Positions 10,001 through 19,413 of a stretch of 64,000 nt of DNA are shown here, piece after piece; within the stretch, counting starts at the first letter, position 1; each line of letters starts with the position of its first letter. The notes under the pieces were generated by a model. It saw only the letters and a list, made by a program, of their open reading frames with translations, had not been told where the DNA came from and made no database searches. The translations under genes and the position numbers were made by a program. This stretch comes from Candidatus Heimdallarchaeota archaeon (lineage in GTDB: Archaea; Asgardarchaeota; Heimdallarchaeia; Heimdallarchaeales; Heimdallarchaeaceae), in NCBI GenBank assembly GCA_016840095.1, contig JAEOSZ010000111.1, positions 64,001-128,000 of the forward strand, given 5' to 3'.

Positions 10001-10982
10001 AATCAAGGTCACCTGTACTCCATGAATTCCCATCATCTGTCCAAGCTGAAAGATCTAAATCAATGTCTATTTTCATCCCAATACAATAGCTTCCAGCAAA
10101 AGTAGTTTCTTTATTGTGCATGTAAACATAATCATCATTAGGGTCCCCAAACCATCTGTAACCAGCTGCTCCAAAATTGATATAGTCGCCTACATCTAAA
10201 TCACTTACTTCAAACCTGAACAGATTTCCAGGTAATTCATGATAAATAATTCCATGAATCCTATAAGTTTCAGCTGTAAGTCTTACTATTGATTCCCCTG
10301 TGGCACCCCATTTATTTATGGATGGATCATAATATGCTTTTGTAACTTCGTGAAGTTGTACGTCTAGTTGTATTTCCGCATCAACTCCTAAGAAGATTTC
10401 ATATCCATGACCTTCAAAATGACCTGAGTTTCCTTCATACCCTAGTTCTGAAATAGAATCACTGCCAAAAATAGCAGAATAATAACCTCCTGCTTCTCCT
10501 TGTATTTCATCATTGATTCGAATCAAAGATGATGTTTGAGTTATATAACCTTCAATTGTCTCTATTTCAGCAGAAATAGCTTTCAAACCGGGCTCATCAA
10601 AATTGACTTCTAGTTCCCATCTCTCTGTTGCTTCATTCCATTTACTACTACCTAAATAAACTGGATTCTCAAAATCAGTTTTATCATAAAAATCTACTTT
10701 TTGTATTCTTCCTGATGTTTCAGATAAAAATAAGTTATCTACGAACAAAGTAATAGGTTCAGTGTAATAATGATCCGATGAAATTGAGTGTGATTTTAGC
10801 TCAATATCTGATGAATCTTTGTTGACAATATTAGTTGATGTTTCTTTCAATAATTCTGTTTCTGTTGAATGAAAATCTGTTGTATTGAAATTTGCTTGAT
10901 TTTCATTAAATCCTGTACTTGAAAACGAAATACTGCTTAGTAAAAATAGAAATAATATAGCAACACCTAAGCTTCTTCTCAT
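7044..10982 (-). CDS. Large secreted, C-terminally anchored surface glycoprotein with Ig-like repeats
   Basis: Signal peptide MRRSLGVAILF from ATG 10982; many N-x-S/T sequons; four ~90-aa repeats; C-terminal TM plus RKKKRN. Confidence 0.8.
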   Translation of the reverse strand: MRRSLGVAILFLFLLSSISFSSTGFNENQANFNTTDFHSTETELLKETSTNIVNKDSSDIELKSHSISSDHYYTEPITLFVDNLFLSETSGRIQKVDFYDKTDFENPVYLGSSKWNEATERWELEVNFDEPGLKAISAEIETIEGYITQTSSLIRINDEIQGEAGGYYSAIFGSDSISELGYEGNSGHFEGHGYEIFLGVDAEIQLDVQLHEVTKAYYDPSINKWGATGESIVRLTAETYRIHGIIYHELPGNLFRFEVSDLDVGDYINFGAAGYRWFGDPNDDYVYMHNKETTFAGSYCIGMKIDIDLDLSAWTDDGNSWSTGDLDYRLLWFGFKTQAADLTVVASALAEDYYLQVFDREPPTMEGPIVDDIIYYYGGSHVTSPEYLKNSVKFRADFTPIEGIPGTGTHEYRWRLDSDAWSDWTPTSNDYGVSPWFNKGSSGSSLVTFEVKDTYFENIRSYGEYFRWDYISTSSDVNYDNLVKSSSSSLNDITSGILELSEDYANPIDIYGCGVDRTEDIWMYRNVFNTWQTIGTGDGVINWNVNNLPDADPGYQMSYYTEDRLGNGDSNTAIWIKTNNKGPVLYEGASHFSGSYMVGDNVYVHETTDWIVAAYDNVGAYERDDEIQSMYFRIVLDNPFPFPDTIIYETTLTSLSYIYTIGGHKVFTTTIHNLFNLTELAGEHDQRLFLDFQLYDGLGKTSPLTRYGEVLIMDYEAEHHGAEITLSNVSPTYINQSVTYISGITRLGVTGNDPDIANYEWFVDSTSLATTTSNYYDLDTTTLTDGANYNFKVKVTDLFGNTFTSAVTQQYTVDNTIPNVNITSLHDNDILKGTVSLEWTTDFADIQDAFWQYRYWDGLDWISWQNITDSDSDFYNPLLWDTSSLPEYSTYEIQIIVVDQVSLTATDVVGQITIDNVYPTILGSSVSFTYELGSINNSLFYNVTDLSPSFYRVYRDSAFLYESNWTNIDLIEISVDGLDVGTYSYYLEIHDNFDNNVTSSEVIVTVEDTTAPVVTQPEDVSYIVGSTGNTITWIGTDLKPAAYLVYLNDVYQFGRSYSSGQIIVVNIDGLSEGNYTYEIVFYDIYSNTLSDFVNVTVLPDIDVPSLIEQEDVFFELGDVGFEIDWNAQDINPDNYILYINDVNIQAASWSNGVPITVDLDGHELGEYIYKIEFYDLYNNMITDEVLVVVVDTTLPELLGPSDRSYEEGSLGNVLSWVALDLKPDNYILYINGTSNKTGVWTNSEDIVFNIDGWSQGMYNYTLIVFDTSGNYMVDEVLITVTEKTEKTSGYTIFLALMTISLMVFILRKKKRN
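7140..8230 (-). repeat. Four tandem ~90-aa Ig-like protein repeats (approximate bounds)
   Basis: Recurring pattern Y/F-x-x-GS/GD ... D..P..Y..Y..D/G ... DG...G.Y.Y....D...N ... V.V at the protein level. Confidence 0.7.
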
Positions 10983-11138
10983 ATTAACTCCAAAACACTT
11001 AGGAAATATAAATTTACTTCCGTTTTTGTTCAAAATTCTCCCCTCTGAGCAAAACAAACTGGAGAATTATGGTAATATCGACTATTTAAACGTTCATAAT
11101 TAAAAAATAGGGGATTTTGGAGTAAAATAAGAGTAAAA

Positions 11139-12140
11139 CTATCTCATTTTATCCTTATAGTAATAATTTGGCTTGTACGTCAGAGGCCATTCTGGTTCAT
11201 TATCCAAGATTTCTTCTATTTGAGTCAAGACATCTTTGGATAATTCAACATCAGAAGCCTTTACGTTTTCTATAACGTGTTCTGGTTTGGTTGCTCCAAT
11301 AATTGCAGAAGAAATTTCTGATCTTCTCAGTATCCACGCAAGTGCTAGTTGCCCCAGTGTTATGTCTAATGAAGAAGCTACTTCTCCAAGTTTTTTGACC
11401 TTTTCAATAGTTTCCTCTGTAAGATTTTTCTTTAGAAATTCTGACTTGTCTGCTCTACTTCCCTCAGGAATGCCTTCATTATATTTTCCGGTTAACAATC
11501 CTTGAGCTAGAGGGGACCAAACAGTGAATCCCATACCATGAGTTTTTGCTACTGGTATAATTTCCAATTCTATATATCTGACAAGCATATTATACAAAGG
11601 TTGTTCTACTATTGGTTTATGAGCTCTAATATCCTTGGCAATAGCATTTGCTCTTTCTAGTTGAGCAGCTGTCCAAACAGATGTACCCCAATATCTAACT
11701 TTACCATCTCTTATCAAATCATCTAGAATTTCTACAGTTTCTCGTAATGGTGTCATGTAATCATATCTGTGCATGAAGTAGATGTCAATATAATCCATGT
11801 TCAATCGATCAAGTGTACCTTCAATCGCATTCAACATATTTTTACGACTTAGTCCCCATCTATTAACATCATAATCATTCATTGCCCAGAAGAGTTTACT
11901 CGATATAACCAAATCTCTTCTATTGAAAGTTTCATCAGAAAGGAAATCTGCAATGACTTTCTCTGCTCCTCCTCTGGCATAAATTTCTGCTGAATCGATA
12001 AAATTGATTCCATTTTCAATAGCTGCTGTCATACATTTTTTAGCCATTTCATCTTCAACAGATCCACCATAGGTTAACCAAGAACCTAGAGAAATCTCAC
12101 TAACTTTCAAGCCCGATTTTCCAACTTTTCTATATTTCAT
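11139..12140 (-). CDS. Aldo/keto reductase (Kv-beta/Tas-like)
   Basis: GKSGLKVSEISLGSW, DSAEIY, DIYFMHR and WSPLAQGLLTGKY motifs. Confidence 0.95.
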   Translation of the reverse strand: MKYRKVGKSGLKVSEISLGSWLTYGGSVEDEMAKKCMTAAIENGINFIDSAEIYARGGAEKVIADFLSDETFNRRDLVISSKLFWAMNDYDVNRWGLSRKNMLNAIEGTLDRLNMDYIDIYFMHRYDYMTPLRETVEILDDLIRDGKVRYWGTSVWTAAQLERANAIAKDIRAHKPIVEQPLYNMLVRYIELEIIPVAKTHGMGFTVWSPLAQGLLTGKYNEGIPEGSRADKSEFLKKNLTEETIEKVKKLGEVASSLDITLGQLALAWILRRSEISSAIIGATKPEHVIENVKASDVELSKDVLTQIEEILDNEPEWPLTYKPNYYYKDKMR

Positions 12141-12246
12141 AAAATCACTTTTAGAGTCTAATACAGAATCAACTAAATTTGTCTGAAATAAAAAGTATGT
12201 GGATTACCAAAAACCATTGTTAACTTAGTCATGAAATTGAATAAAA

Positions 12247-14046
12247 TCAAATGAACACTATTTCTCTGAAGAAATTTAATTCCTCTAAAGACATTCGATT
12301 AGGATATTTGAATTTCTTAATATATGTTCGAAATCTTGAATTCATAACATCATTCTTTATCAAATGTTGTGTTTTGTTCTCAGGAAAAACTACAGATACA
12401 ACATAATACTGCCTTCCCTCAAATCGAGGATCCGCTATGTTGTCATCTTTACCCCAGAATGAGAAAACTATCATACTATGATCTTTAATTGAAGGGGCAG
12501 GGAGTGGACCATATACACCTGTTTCATATCTTTGTCCTTGACCAACTGTAACATAACAAAATCCAATAAACTCATCCATGTTTATATCAAATGAATCTAA
12601 CTCTGCTCTAATTATCTCTCCCCCAGCCATTCCAAATCGAAATAATCCGACACCAACATTTTTGCCATAAGCTATTTTTCTTTTCAAATCGATATAGTCT
12701 GACGTTTCTTTTGTGTATCGAATGAATTTAGTTCTTCTTTTCTTAGTAGGATAAATGATAATGAAAAGTATAATTCCCAAAAAGATTACAGGATATACTA
12801 TAATGGAGAAGTAAAAGAACCAACTTCTATTTTCTGGTAAATTCTGAGGAATTTCAACTGCTTCATTCAGAGGATATAGATCAAATTCTTCCATGGAACC
12901 ATCTATAGTATAATCTCCTACTCCCAACCATTCATTCCAAAAATTCCCCTCCTTTGAATTTTGGTCAAACCAATAGTTTTCGCTGCCATCTATGGAGAAT
13001 GCTTGACTTATCCCTCCAAGATTATTTTCTATGAAGTTGTTGTGGTGAATAAGATTATTTGAAGAATAATTTAGAACTATTCCATATCTATAATTGAGTG
13101 TTAGGAAATTGTATGAAATTTCATTCTCATTAGAATTAAATAAATAAATTCCGTCATCGCTACTATCTAGAATAGTGTTATTGAATATGGTAAAATCATG
13201 TGTATCATCTAAATAGAATCCTATAGAATTATTAAATGATAGATTTTCTTTAAGTTGAATGTTATCAGAATCTTTGAAATAAAATGCTGGTCCAAGATTA
13301 TTGGCAATGGTATTTTGAATAATAGAAGTTAATGATATTTCCCATAGATATAACCCATTTTCTATATTTTTGAAGCACAGATTCTTTTCTATTAGTGAAT
13401 TCCTACTAAAGAAAACCTCAATCCCTATTTTGTTTGTTTCACAAAAGTTATTAGAAATTATTACTTCATCACAAAATCTACTTGTAGCACCATTGCCAGA
13501 ATTCATCGAAAGAATGTTATTGGTTATTTGACTTTCATCTGAGTCTATACAATTTATCCCATCTGACCCACTTGCTGTTATTGTGTTGTTATCTATTACA
13601 GTTCCTGGTGCTCCCCAAATGTCAATTCCATAAATATCGTGTTCTATTATTGTATTATTGCTGATTTCTGCAGTTCCAAATGCAATCCAAGAAATCCAGA
13701 TTCCAATTTGTGTAACATTGATAAAACAATTTTTGATAACAAAAAAATTTGTTGTATCACTGATATTTATACCACATGTTTGAGTGTTTGAAGAGATATT
13801 GAGGTTTTCAAGTCTATATGGATCTTGTTCGGTTCCACTTCCCGGAAAAATTGAGAAACCACTGTCATTGTATATGTGAACTGGGTTACTTTGAATTAAG
13901 TAGGAATTAGGATGAATTTGCTCAGTAAAACCATTCACTACAAGAATAGACTTGTCATGAAAATTCACCATTGGAGAGATAGTATAGCCTACTACAAGCA
14001 ATAAGGTTAGGAGACAAGAGTATCTAAAGATTTTTTCCAATGACAT
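12247..14046 (-). CDS. Single-pass membrane protein: extracellular NosD/parallel beta-helix and a cytoplasmic longin/uDENN-like domain
   Basis: Signal peptide, GSGTEQDPY, Asn-rich GI repeats, GNFW..DLYPL, TM, then GQG..GVYGPLP..DPR domain (fold of the last domain is inferred). Confidence 0.7.
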   Translation of the reverse strand: MSLEKIFRYSCLLTLLLVVGYTISPMVNFHDKSILVVNGFTEQIHPNSYLIQSNPVHIYNDSGFSIFPGSGTEQDPYRLENLNISSNTQTCGINISDTTNFFVIKNCFINVTQIGIWISWIAFGTAEISNNTIIEHDIYGIDIWGAPGTVIDNNTITASGSDGINCIDSDESQITNNILSMNSGNGATSRFCDEVIISNNFCETNKIGIEVFFSRNSLIEKNLCFKNIENGLYLWEISLTSIIQNTIANNLGPAFYFKDSDNIQLKENLSFNNSIGFYLDDTHDFTIFNNTILDSSDDGIYLFNSNENEISYNFLTLNYRYGIVLNYSSNNLIHHNNFIENNLGGISQAFSIDGSENYWFDQNSKEGNFWNEWLGVGDYTIDGSMEEFDLYPLNEAVEIPQNLPENRSWFFYFSIIVYPVIFLGIILFIIIYPTKKRRTKFIRYTKETSDYIDLKRKIAYGKNVGVGLFRFGMAGGEIIRAELDSFDINMDEFIGFCYVTVGQGQRYETGVYGPLPAPSIKDHSMIVFSFWGKDDNIADPRFEGRQYYVVSVVFPENKTQHLIKNDVMNSRFRTYIKKFKYPNRMSLEELNFFREIVFI

Positions 14047-14178
14047 TTTTTCTAATAAATATAGTGTAAAAGAAATTTCTTAAATGCTGCTATATTACTT
14101 TCTTACATATAATTTTGATTTGATGATACACAAAAAAATTCATAAGATGCCCATTCAAAATATCCAACGGGTATATAA

Positions 14179-15351
14179 ATGGCATCTGAAATTGAAATCA
14201 TTGCATATTTTGAGACTCCAAGAGATCCATTGCCTTTAAGCTACATAGCTAAAGGATTAGCAGGAGTTGAAACAATTATTGCTGCTATCAATCCAAGGGC
14301 AACTGAGGAAGTTATTCGAGGGATATTAAGATCAGCAAAGAAATCCAAGTCTGTAGTGATATTTGAATTAGCCTTAAGTGAAATGTCACTAAGTGGAGGA
14401 TATACAGGATATACTCCCCAAAAATTCGCAGACCGATGTAAATCGGCAGCAGAAAAAGAAAAATGGTTTGCCTATTCTTTACATGCTGATCACCTTACAT
14501 TGAAGAAAGGTACAGATGAAGAAATGGCATTTTTAATGATGGAAACTAAAGCCAGAATTGAAGCAGGTTTTACAGGTTTTGCAATTGATACTTCTTTCCT
14601 CTTTAACAAAGAGGAAGTAACTGTAGCTGGACAATTGAGTGAAATTTTATCGAAGGGGCTCATTTTATTCCAATTTATCAAAGAGTTAATGGGAGAAAAA
14701 CCTTATGGGCTTGAAGGCGAAGTTGGGGAAATAGGTATAGCTGATTTTACTTCTGTTGAAGAGGCAGTTCATTATGTTACAACTCTGATAAGAAGTGATA
14801 TTTTCATTGATTATCTAGCAATAGCAAATGGGTCAACTCATGGAGTTAGTGTTGATGCTGAAGGAAAAGTCGTTCCACAACTGGGAATCAATGTTCAAAG
14901 AACAGTGGAGATTACTGAAGAATTTAAGAAATTGGGAATTGATACAAGAATTGCTCAACATGGAATTACTGGTACTCCTGTTGAAGTCATAGCTTCAACT
15001 TTCCCTCATGGTAGCATAGCAAAAGGAAATATAGGCACATTCTGGCAAAGACTTGTTCAAGATGTACTTGCCAAATATGAACCTGAGCTTTATGGCAGAA
15101 TAAAAAGTTGGGTTCTTGAAAAATATGGAAAACCGGATGTTGATGAACATAAAACCTTTGCAAAAAACTCTAAATATGCTTGGAAAGAATTCTTCAATGA
15201 AGTTGAGAATATTAGTGAAGAAGCTAAACAAGCTATAATCACACAAGCTGAAGCTGATATGGATGAATTCATAAAAGCTTTAAAGATGGAAAATACAGCC
15301 AGTTATTGCATAAAATATATGGTTGATAACTTCCTCACAAATACATACTAA
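14179..15351 (+). CDS. fba: Class II (metal-dependent) fructose-bisphosphate aldolase
   Basis: LHADH, EGEVGEIG, AIANGSTHG, AQHGITG and KGNIGT motifs. Confidence 0.85.
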   Translation: MASEIEIIAYFETPRDPLPLSYIAKGLAGVETIIAAINPRATEEVIRGILRSAKKSKSVVIFELALSEMSLSGGYTGYTPQKFADRCKSAAEKEKWFAYSLHADHLTLKKGTDEEMAFLMMETKARIEAGFTGFAIDTSFLFNKEEVTVAGQLSEILSKGLILFQFIKELMGEKPYGLEGEVGEIGIADFTSVEEAVHYVTTLIRSDIFIDYLAIANGSTHGVSVDAEGKVVPQLGINVQRTVEITEEFKKLGIDTRIAQHGITGTPVEVIASTFPHGSIAKGNIGTFWQRLVQDVLAKYEPELYGRIKSWVLEKYGKPDVDEHKTFAKNSKYAWKEFFNEVENISEEAKQAIITQAEADMDEFIKALKMENTASYCIKYMVDNFLTNTY

Positions 15352-15361
15352 GGTCAGAAAA

Positions 15362-16279
15362 ATGTCTATATTGAAATATCACACACTTGAAGCGTACTTA
15401 GAAGATATACCAGAAGATGATCTCAGAGAACTAGTAAGAGAAATAATTGATATTAGTCTAGATGTACCAAAACAGATACTAACTTTTCTAATAGGAGAAA
15501 ATGATTATTCAGGGATTATCAACATCTCTGGTGATGAACAATTAAGTCTAGATATCGCAACACAGGAATTATTCATGCAAAGAATTCCAAACAATCTCTA
15601 TTCTCTATTGCTGGGTGAAGAGACAGATGAAAATAGCATAATGGAAGGAACAGGAAACTTAATCGTTTTAGGTGATTTCATTGATGGTTCTTCCATTATT
15701 AGAACAAGGAGTCCTGGAGCAATAGTCAATATTATTGATCAAGAAGGTCATACTCATGCAGCTTTAACAGTAAGCTTCACTTTGTTCTTGCGTTTTGATC
15801 TGGCCACAGAGTTGGGTTTCATTCAATTTATTTATGATGGAGAGAAGTTTCGAGTAATTAGAGATGAACTAGATATCAGTCCAAGTAAAAGCCCTGTTTT
15901 TGGATTGGGTGGAAAATATAATGATCATTCTGCAAAACAAAAGCTATTCGTGGATGCTCTGGATATAAAAGGAAAGAACAGATATGGAGGATGTATGGTC
16001 CAAGACATGAATAATGTTTTTGAAAAAACTGGTGTCTTCGGATATTTTGCTCCAAAACTTAGATTCTGCTATGAGATTATACCTTATCTTTATATCTTAT
16101 CCAAAGTCAATGGAGATGGATTTTATATTACTGCAGATGGACATGAAATCAAATTCGAACGAATAAAACCATTAGATGTAAACAAACTTACCTCTATGCA
16201 CTATCTGCATCAAAGAGCTGGTTTTGTTGGTGGATCTAAGGATTTAATAGAACTTTGGTTCAAAATAGAAGATCTCTAA
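15362..16279 (+). CDS. Divergent class I fructose-1,6-bisphosphatase (FBPase/SBPase superfamily)
   Basis: NISGDEQLSLD, GEE, DFIDGSS, RYGGCMVQD and KLRFCYE motifs; start taken at ATG 15362. Confidence 0.75.
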   Translation: MSILKYHTLEAYLEDIPEDDLRELVREIIDISLDVPKQILTFLIGENDYSGIINISGDEQLSLDIATQELFMQRIPNNLYSLLLGEETDENSIMEGTGNLIVLGDFIDGSSIIRTRSPGAIVNIIDQEGHTHAALTVSFTLFLRFDLATELGFIQFIYDGEKFRVIRDELDISPSKSPVFGLGGKYNDHSAKQKLFVDALDIKGKNRYGGCMVQDMNNVFEKTGVFGYFAPKLRFCYEIIPYLYILSKVNGDGFYITADGHEIKFERIKPLDVNKLTSMHYLHQRAGFVGGSKDLIELWFKIEDL

Positions 16280-16382
16280 AACCCATATTTTCTTTTTATT
16301 TTATTATTTTTTCAAGGTTCTTGAGTAAAACTTTTAATTAGGAAAATATAATATGTATTAACGACCCGTATTATTTACTTAA

Positions 16383-17498
16383 ATGTTTAGGTGCGTGCAT
16401 TTGGTTAAAACTACAATAAGTCTAATTAAAGCTGACATAGGATCAAGTCCTGGTCATGTTACTGTTTATGAGCCTTTAATGGCTAGAGCGGAAGAACTAA
16501 TGGAAACGGCTAAGGATGAAAATATCATTCTAGATTTCGTTGTGTTCAATGCTGGTGATGATACTGAACTCCTTCTATCTCACATTAAAGGAGTTGATAA
16601 TGAAGTTATACATAAGCTTGCTTGGGATACTTTTATGACGCTTGGTAATGAAGCAAGAGAAATTGGTCTTTATGGAGCGGGGCAAGATCTCTTGAAAGAT
16701 ACATTTTCAGGTAATATAAAGGGTATGGGACCTGGATGTGCTGAATTTGAGTTTGAGGAACGTCCAGCTGAACCTCTTTTAGTTTTTGCTATGGATAAAA
16801 CTGAACCTGGTGCATTCAATTATCCTATATTTCAAATGTTTGCTAATCCGTTTAATACTGCTGGATTAGTTATTGATCCAAATATGCATGATGGTTTTTC
16901 CTTCACTGTTATGGATGTTTATATTAGTAAATTCGTTGAATTAAGTTGTCCCGAACAAATGTATGACCTACTTGCATTAATTGGTGCGCCAGGAAAATAT
17001 GTTGTCAAATATGTAGATAGCAAGAATTCAGACATCGGAAGAGCAGCAGCAATATCCACAGATAAACTATCTTTAGTAGCAGGAAAGTATATCGGAAAAG
17101 ATGATCCTGTTGCTGTGGTTAGAAGTCAAAGTGGATTTCCTGCAGTAGGTGAGATAGTTGAAGCATTTACTTTAGGACATCTAGTATCTGGTTGGATGCG
17201 AGGTTCTCATCGTGGTCCTCTCATGCCTGTACCTTTGGATTATAGTCAGTGTGTTAGATTTGATGGCCCCCCTAGAGTGGTTGGATTAGGTTTTCAATTG
17301 AAAAATGGTATGTTTAAAGGAGGGGTGGATCTCTTTGATGATCCATCATTCGATCCTACACGAGCAAGAGCAAATGAAATTGCTGAATACATGCGCCGTC
17401 ATGGACCATTTGAACCTGGTCGTCTTCCTCTAAGTGAGATGGAATATACTACTTTGCCTGGAGTATTGAAAAAACTTGAAGATAAATTTCATGATTAG
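16383..17498 (+). CDS. fbp: Bifunctional FBP aldolase/phosphatase (class V FBPase); probable start TTG 16401
   Basis: IKADIGS.PGH, GAGQDLL, DKTEPGAFN, GKYIGKDDP (Schiff-base Lys and Tyr present), GWMRGSH and GPFEP. Confidence 0.95.
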   Translation: MFRCVHLVKTTISLIKADIGSSPGHVTVYEPLMARAEELMETAKDENIILDFVVFNAGDDTELLLSHIKGVDNEVIHKLAWDTFMTLGNEAREIGLYGAGQDLLKDTFSGNIKGMGPGCAEFEFEERPAEPLLVFAMDKTEPGAFNYPIFQMFANPFNTAGLVIDPNMHDGFSFTVMDVYISKFVELSCPEQMYDLLALIGAPGKYVVKYVDSKNSDIGRAAAISTDKLSLVAGKYIGKDDPVAVVRSQSGFPAVGEIVEAFTLGHLVSGWMRGSHRGPLMPVPLDYSQCVRFDGPPRVVGLGFQLKNGMFKGGVDLFDDPSFDPTRARANEIAEYMRRHGPFEPGRLPLSEMEYTTLPGVLKKLEDKFHD

Positions 17499-17501
17499 AA
17501 A

Positions 17502-17945
17502 TTATTCACCTTTTTCTCTTTTTCTTTTTTCTTCTCTTGTTTTTTCTTCTCTTATCTCCTTCTCACTCAGAAGCATGTAAATGAAGTATCTAATTGGTTC
17601 ATGTAGAGGTTGGTATATGTTAGGATCAAAATCAATAACATGAGCACATAAGTCATCAATAACGAATTCATCGGTATCGAGATCATAAATTAAAGGATAA
17701 TATCTGCAGCCTTCAGGTCTATTTTCATAAATTGTGCATCTATTTTCCTTCAGGAAAAAACACTTACTAGCTATATTCCTTAGAACCATGAAACCATCTT
17801 GCTCTTCTAGAAATTCATCAATTTGGAACCCTAATTTTTCAATTCTTGTTATGTCTCTCTCTGCTAATGGCATTTCTGTTTCTAGACAACATTCGTAACA
17901 TCTATCAGAGAATGGACAATAGAGTTCTAAATCAGGGATTGTCAT
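17502..17945 (-). CDS. YkgJ family cysteine-cluster protein (putative Fe-S/Zn)
   Basis: CxxxxxCxxCC, CFFL, CTIYENRPEGCRYYP. Confidence 0.85.
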   Translation of the reverse strand: MTIPDLELYCPFSDRCYECCLETEMPLAERDITRIEKLGFQIDEFLEEQDGFMVLRNIASKCFFLKENRCTIYENRPEGCRYYPLIYDLDTDEFVIDDLCAHVIDFDPNIYQPLHEPIRYFIYMLLSEKEIREEKTREEKRKREKGE

Positions 17946-17949
17946 AGTT

Positions 17950-19335
17950 TTACCTACTTGATTGAATTTCTGTAACAGTATCCATAAGTTGTGTTTTGAA
18001 TTCTACTGATAGTTTTTCTATGGTTTCTTTGTCATCAGCTTCTATTGTCATTCTGATTATAGGTGATGTATTTGAGGGTCTAATTAGAACCCATCCTTCT
18101 TGTAAATTGATTCTAACACCATCCATAGTATTTACATTTTCATATTTTGATAGAATTTTTTGCTTAAGTAAATCCACCACGGCAAATTTCAAATCATCGT
18201 CGCATTGAATTTCTTCTTTCCTTAATGGATATGATGGAATTTCATCCACTAAAGTTGACATTCCTCTTTTTTCTCTATTAAGTATTTCTGCAATCTTAAG
18301 AGGAGTTACTATGGCATCATCGAATAAGAAATATTCTGGTAAAATTATGTGCCCACTGGATTCTACTCCAAGAGGAGAATCTTCCTTTTTGGCCTCTATT
18401 GTAAGAAATGTATGACCAACTGGAATTTGTTTAACTTTGTATCCTAAAACCTCAAGTTGTTCAGCTACTGATTTTGAACATTCCACATTTGCAATAATTG
18501 TCCCTTTCTTTTGTGCTAAACCGTATTTTCCGATGATAATTCCTGTCTGATCAGCTGAAAGAATTCTTCCTAAATTATCTACTATAACTGCTCTATCTCC
18601 ATCCCCATCAAAAGCCACACCAAAATCACATTCATGTTTTTTAATTGCATTTACTAACTCTGTAAGGTTTTTTGGTTTCGGGTCAGATGGTCTTCCTGAA
18701 AATGTAGGATCAGTTTCACAATAGACTGTTATTATTTCAAGTCCTAAGGAAGTAAATATCTTCGGAGCTGATAAGGTAGTACTACCTCCACCACAATCGA
18801 TTGCAACTTTCAGATTATCTGTAAACTTAAATTTTTGCTTAAAGAAATTCTCATATTCTTCTTCTATATTATAAGATTTTGAATTTCCTATATCTCTCCA
18901 GTCAACAACTGTATATTTCTCATCTATAGCGATATCTCTAATAGCCATTAGTTCTTCTTCAGCAAAACCAACACCATCAAAATGATAGAATTTGATCCCA
19001 TTCCATTCAGGTGGGAGATGACTTGCAGTAACAAAAGCAGTTGCTGTTTTCTTCAAGAACCATCCAGCATAAAGAGTTTGACCAAAAGCTGTAGTTCCTA
19101 CATAAATGACATTAATTCCTGTTGCTGTTACACCTGAAATAAATGCATGAACCAAAGGAAAACTTGATTGTCGTATTTCATTTCCAACCACTACTTCTTC
19201 CCCATTAAGCATTTCTTTCACATATGTACCAAAAGCCAAACCTATTTTATGCATAATAGGTGCTGTAATGTCTTTGTTGTAAACTCCACGTATGTCATAT
19301 GCTCGAAATATATTTGGAGAGATATCGTTATTCAT
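17950..19335 (-). CDS. Phosphomannomutase/phosphoglucomutase
   Basis: FRAYDIRG, TASHLP, FDGDGDR, ESSGH and RPSNTSP motifs. Confidence 0.95.
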   Translation of the reverse strand: MNNDISPNIFRAYDIRGVYNKDITAPIMHKIGLAFGTYVKEMLNGEEVVVGNEIRQSSFPLVHAFISGVTATGINVIYVGTTAFGQTLYAGWFLKKTATAFVTASHLPPEWNGIKFYHFDGVGFAEEELMAIRDIAIDEKYTVVDWRDIGNSKSYNIEEEYENFFKQKFKFTDNLKVAIDCGGGSTTLSAPKIFTSLGLEIITVYCETDPTFSGRPSDPKPKNLTELVNAIKKHECDFGVAFDGDGDRAVIVDNLGRILSADQTGIIIGKYGLAQKKGTIIANVECSKSVAEQLEVLGYKVKQIPVGHTFLTIEAKKEDSPLGVESSGHIILPEYFLFDDAIVTPLKIAEILNREKRGMSTLVDEIPSYPLRKEEIQCDDDLKFAVVDLLKQKILSKYENVNTMDGVRINLQEGWVLIRPSNTSPIIRMTIEADDKETIEKLSVEFKTQLMDTVTEIQSSR

Positions 19336-19413
19336 TGTTTTAAGAGTAGATAAGAGGTATAAAAATTTGCTTACACGTAAATCTTTTATTTAAGTAATAT
19401 AGTCATCGAAGCT

